This document shows, piece after piece, positions 22,113 to 22,324 of a stretch of 22,324 bases of DNA; within the stretch, counting starts at the first letter, position 1; every line of letters begins with the position of its first letter. This stretch comes from Octopus sinensis (lineage: Eukaryota), in NCBI RefSeq assembly GCF_006345805.1, contig NW_021824540.1, positions 1-22,324 of the forward strand, in the 5' to 3' direction. The position numbers and the translations under genes were made by a program. The notes beneath the pieces are model-generated. The model ran no database searches. It was not told the origin of the DNA and was given only the letters and a program-made list of their open reading frames with translations.

Positions 22113-22324
22113 TGGCAGATGTGATAACACTACTGTCAACGCTAAGTCAGTTCTTACATCAACGTCTCTCTTTGGAATCGCAGAGACGCTAAACAATACA
22201 AACACCTCAGTCTGTCATTTAGTATTGGCAAATTCTTCAACAAAGCATTTATTATAAGAATACGCTTCCATGTAGAAACATTGGTAAAGACCAGGCCAAA
22301 GAGAGAAAATTTAAAAGTGGACTC

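Overview
Repeat-dense eukaryotic non-coding DNA, most likely from an octopus or other coleoid cephalopod. This is inferred from the two tRNA-derived SINE families, the extreme (TA)/(CA)/(TATG)/(AAT) microsatellite load and the low GC; it is not database-confirmed. No host exon could be confidently called, and nearly all listed ORFs are microsatellite artefacts. Recognisable content: (i) about 15 copies or fragments of two SINE families, including a tandem trimer inside one TSD pair and a nested triple cluster; (ii) a dead mariner transposase split by a SINE; (iii) a hAT-type MITE with TIRs and an 8-bp TSD; (iv) a non-autonomous Helitron-type element; (v) a 5'-truncated Penelope-like element (PLE) with an uninterrupted GIY-YIG endonuclease ORF. 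The most notable signal is three unrelated minimal type-I hammerhead ribozyme motifs (6132-6202, 7721-7766, 18723-18758). One is embedded in a ~42-bp fold-back, one is nested in the hAT MITE, and one has a non-canonical core downstream of the GIY-YIG ORF. All alignments and folds were done by eye, and no activity is demonstrated.
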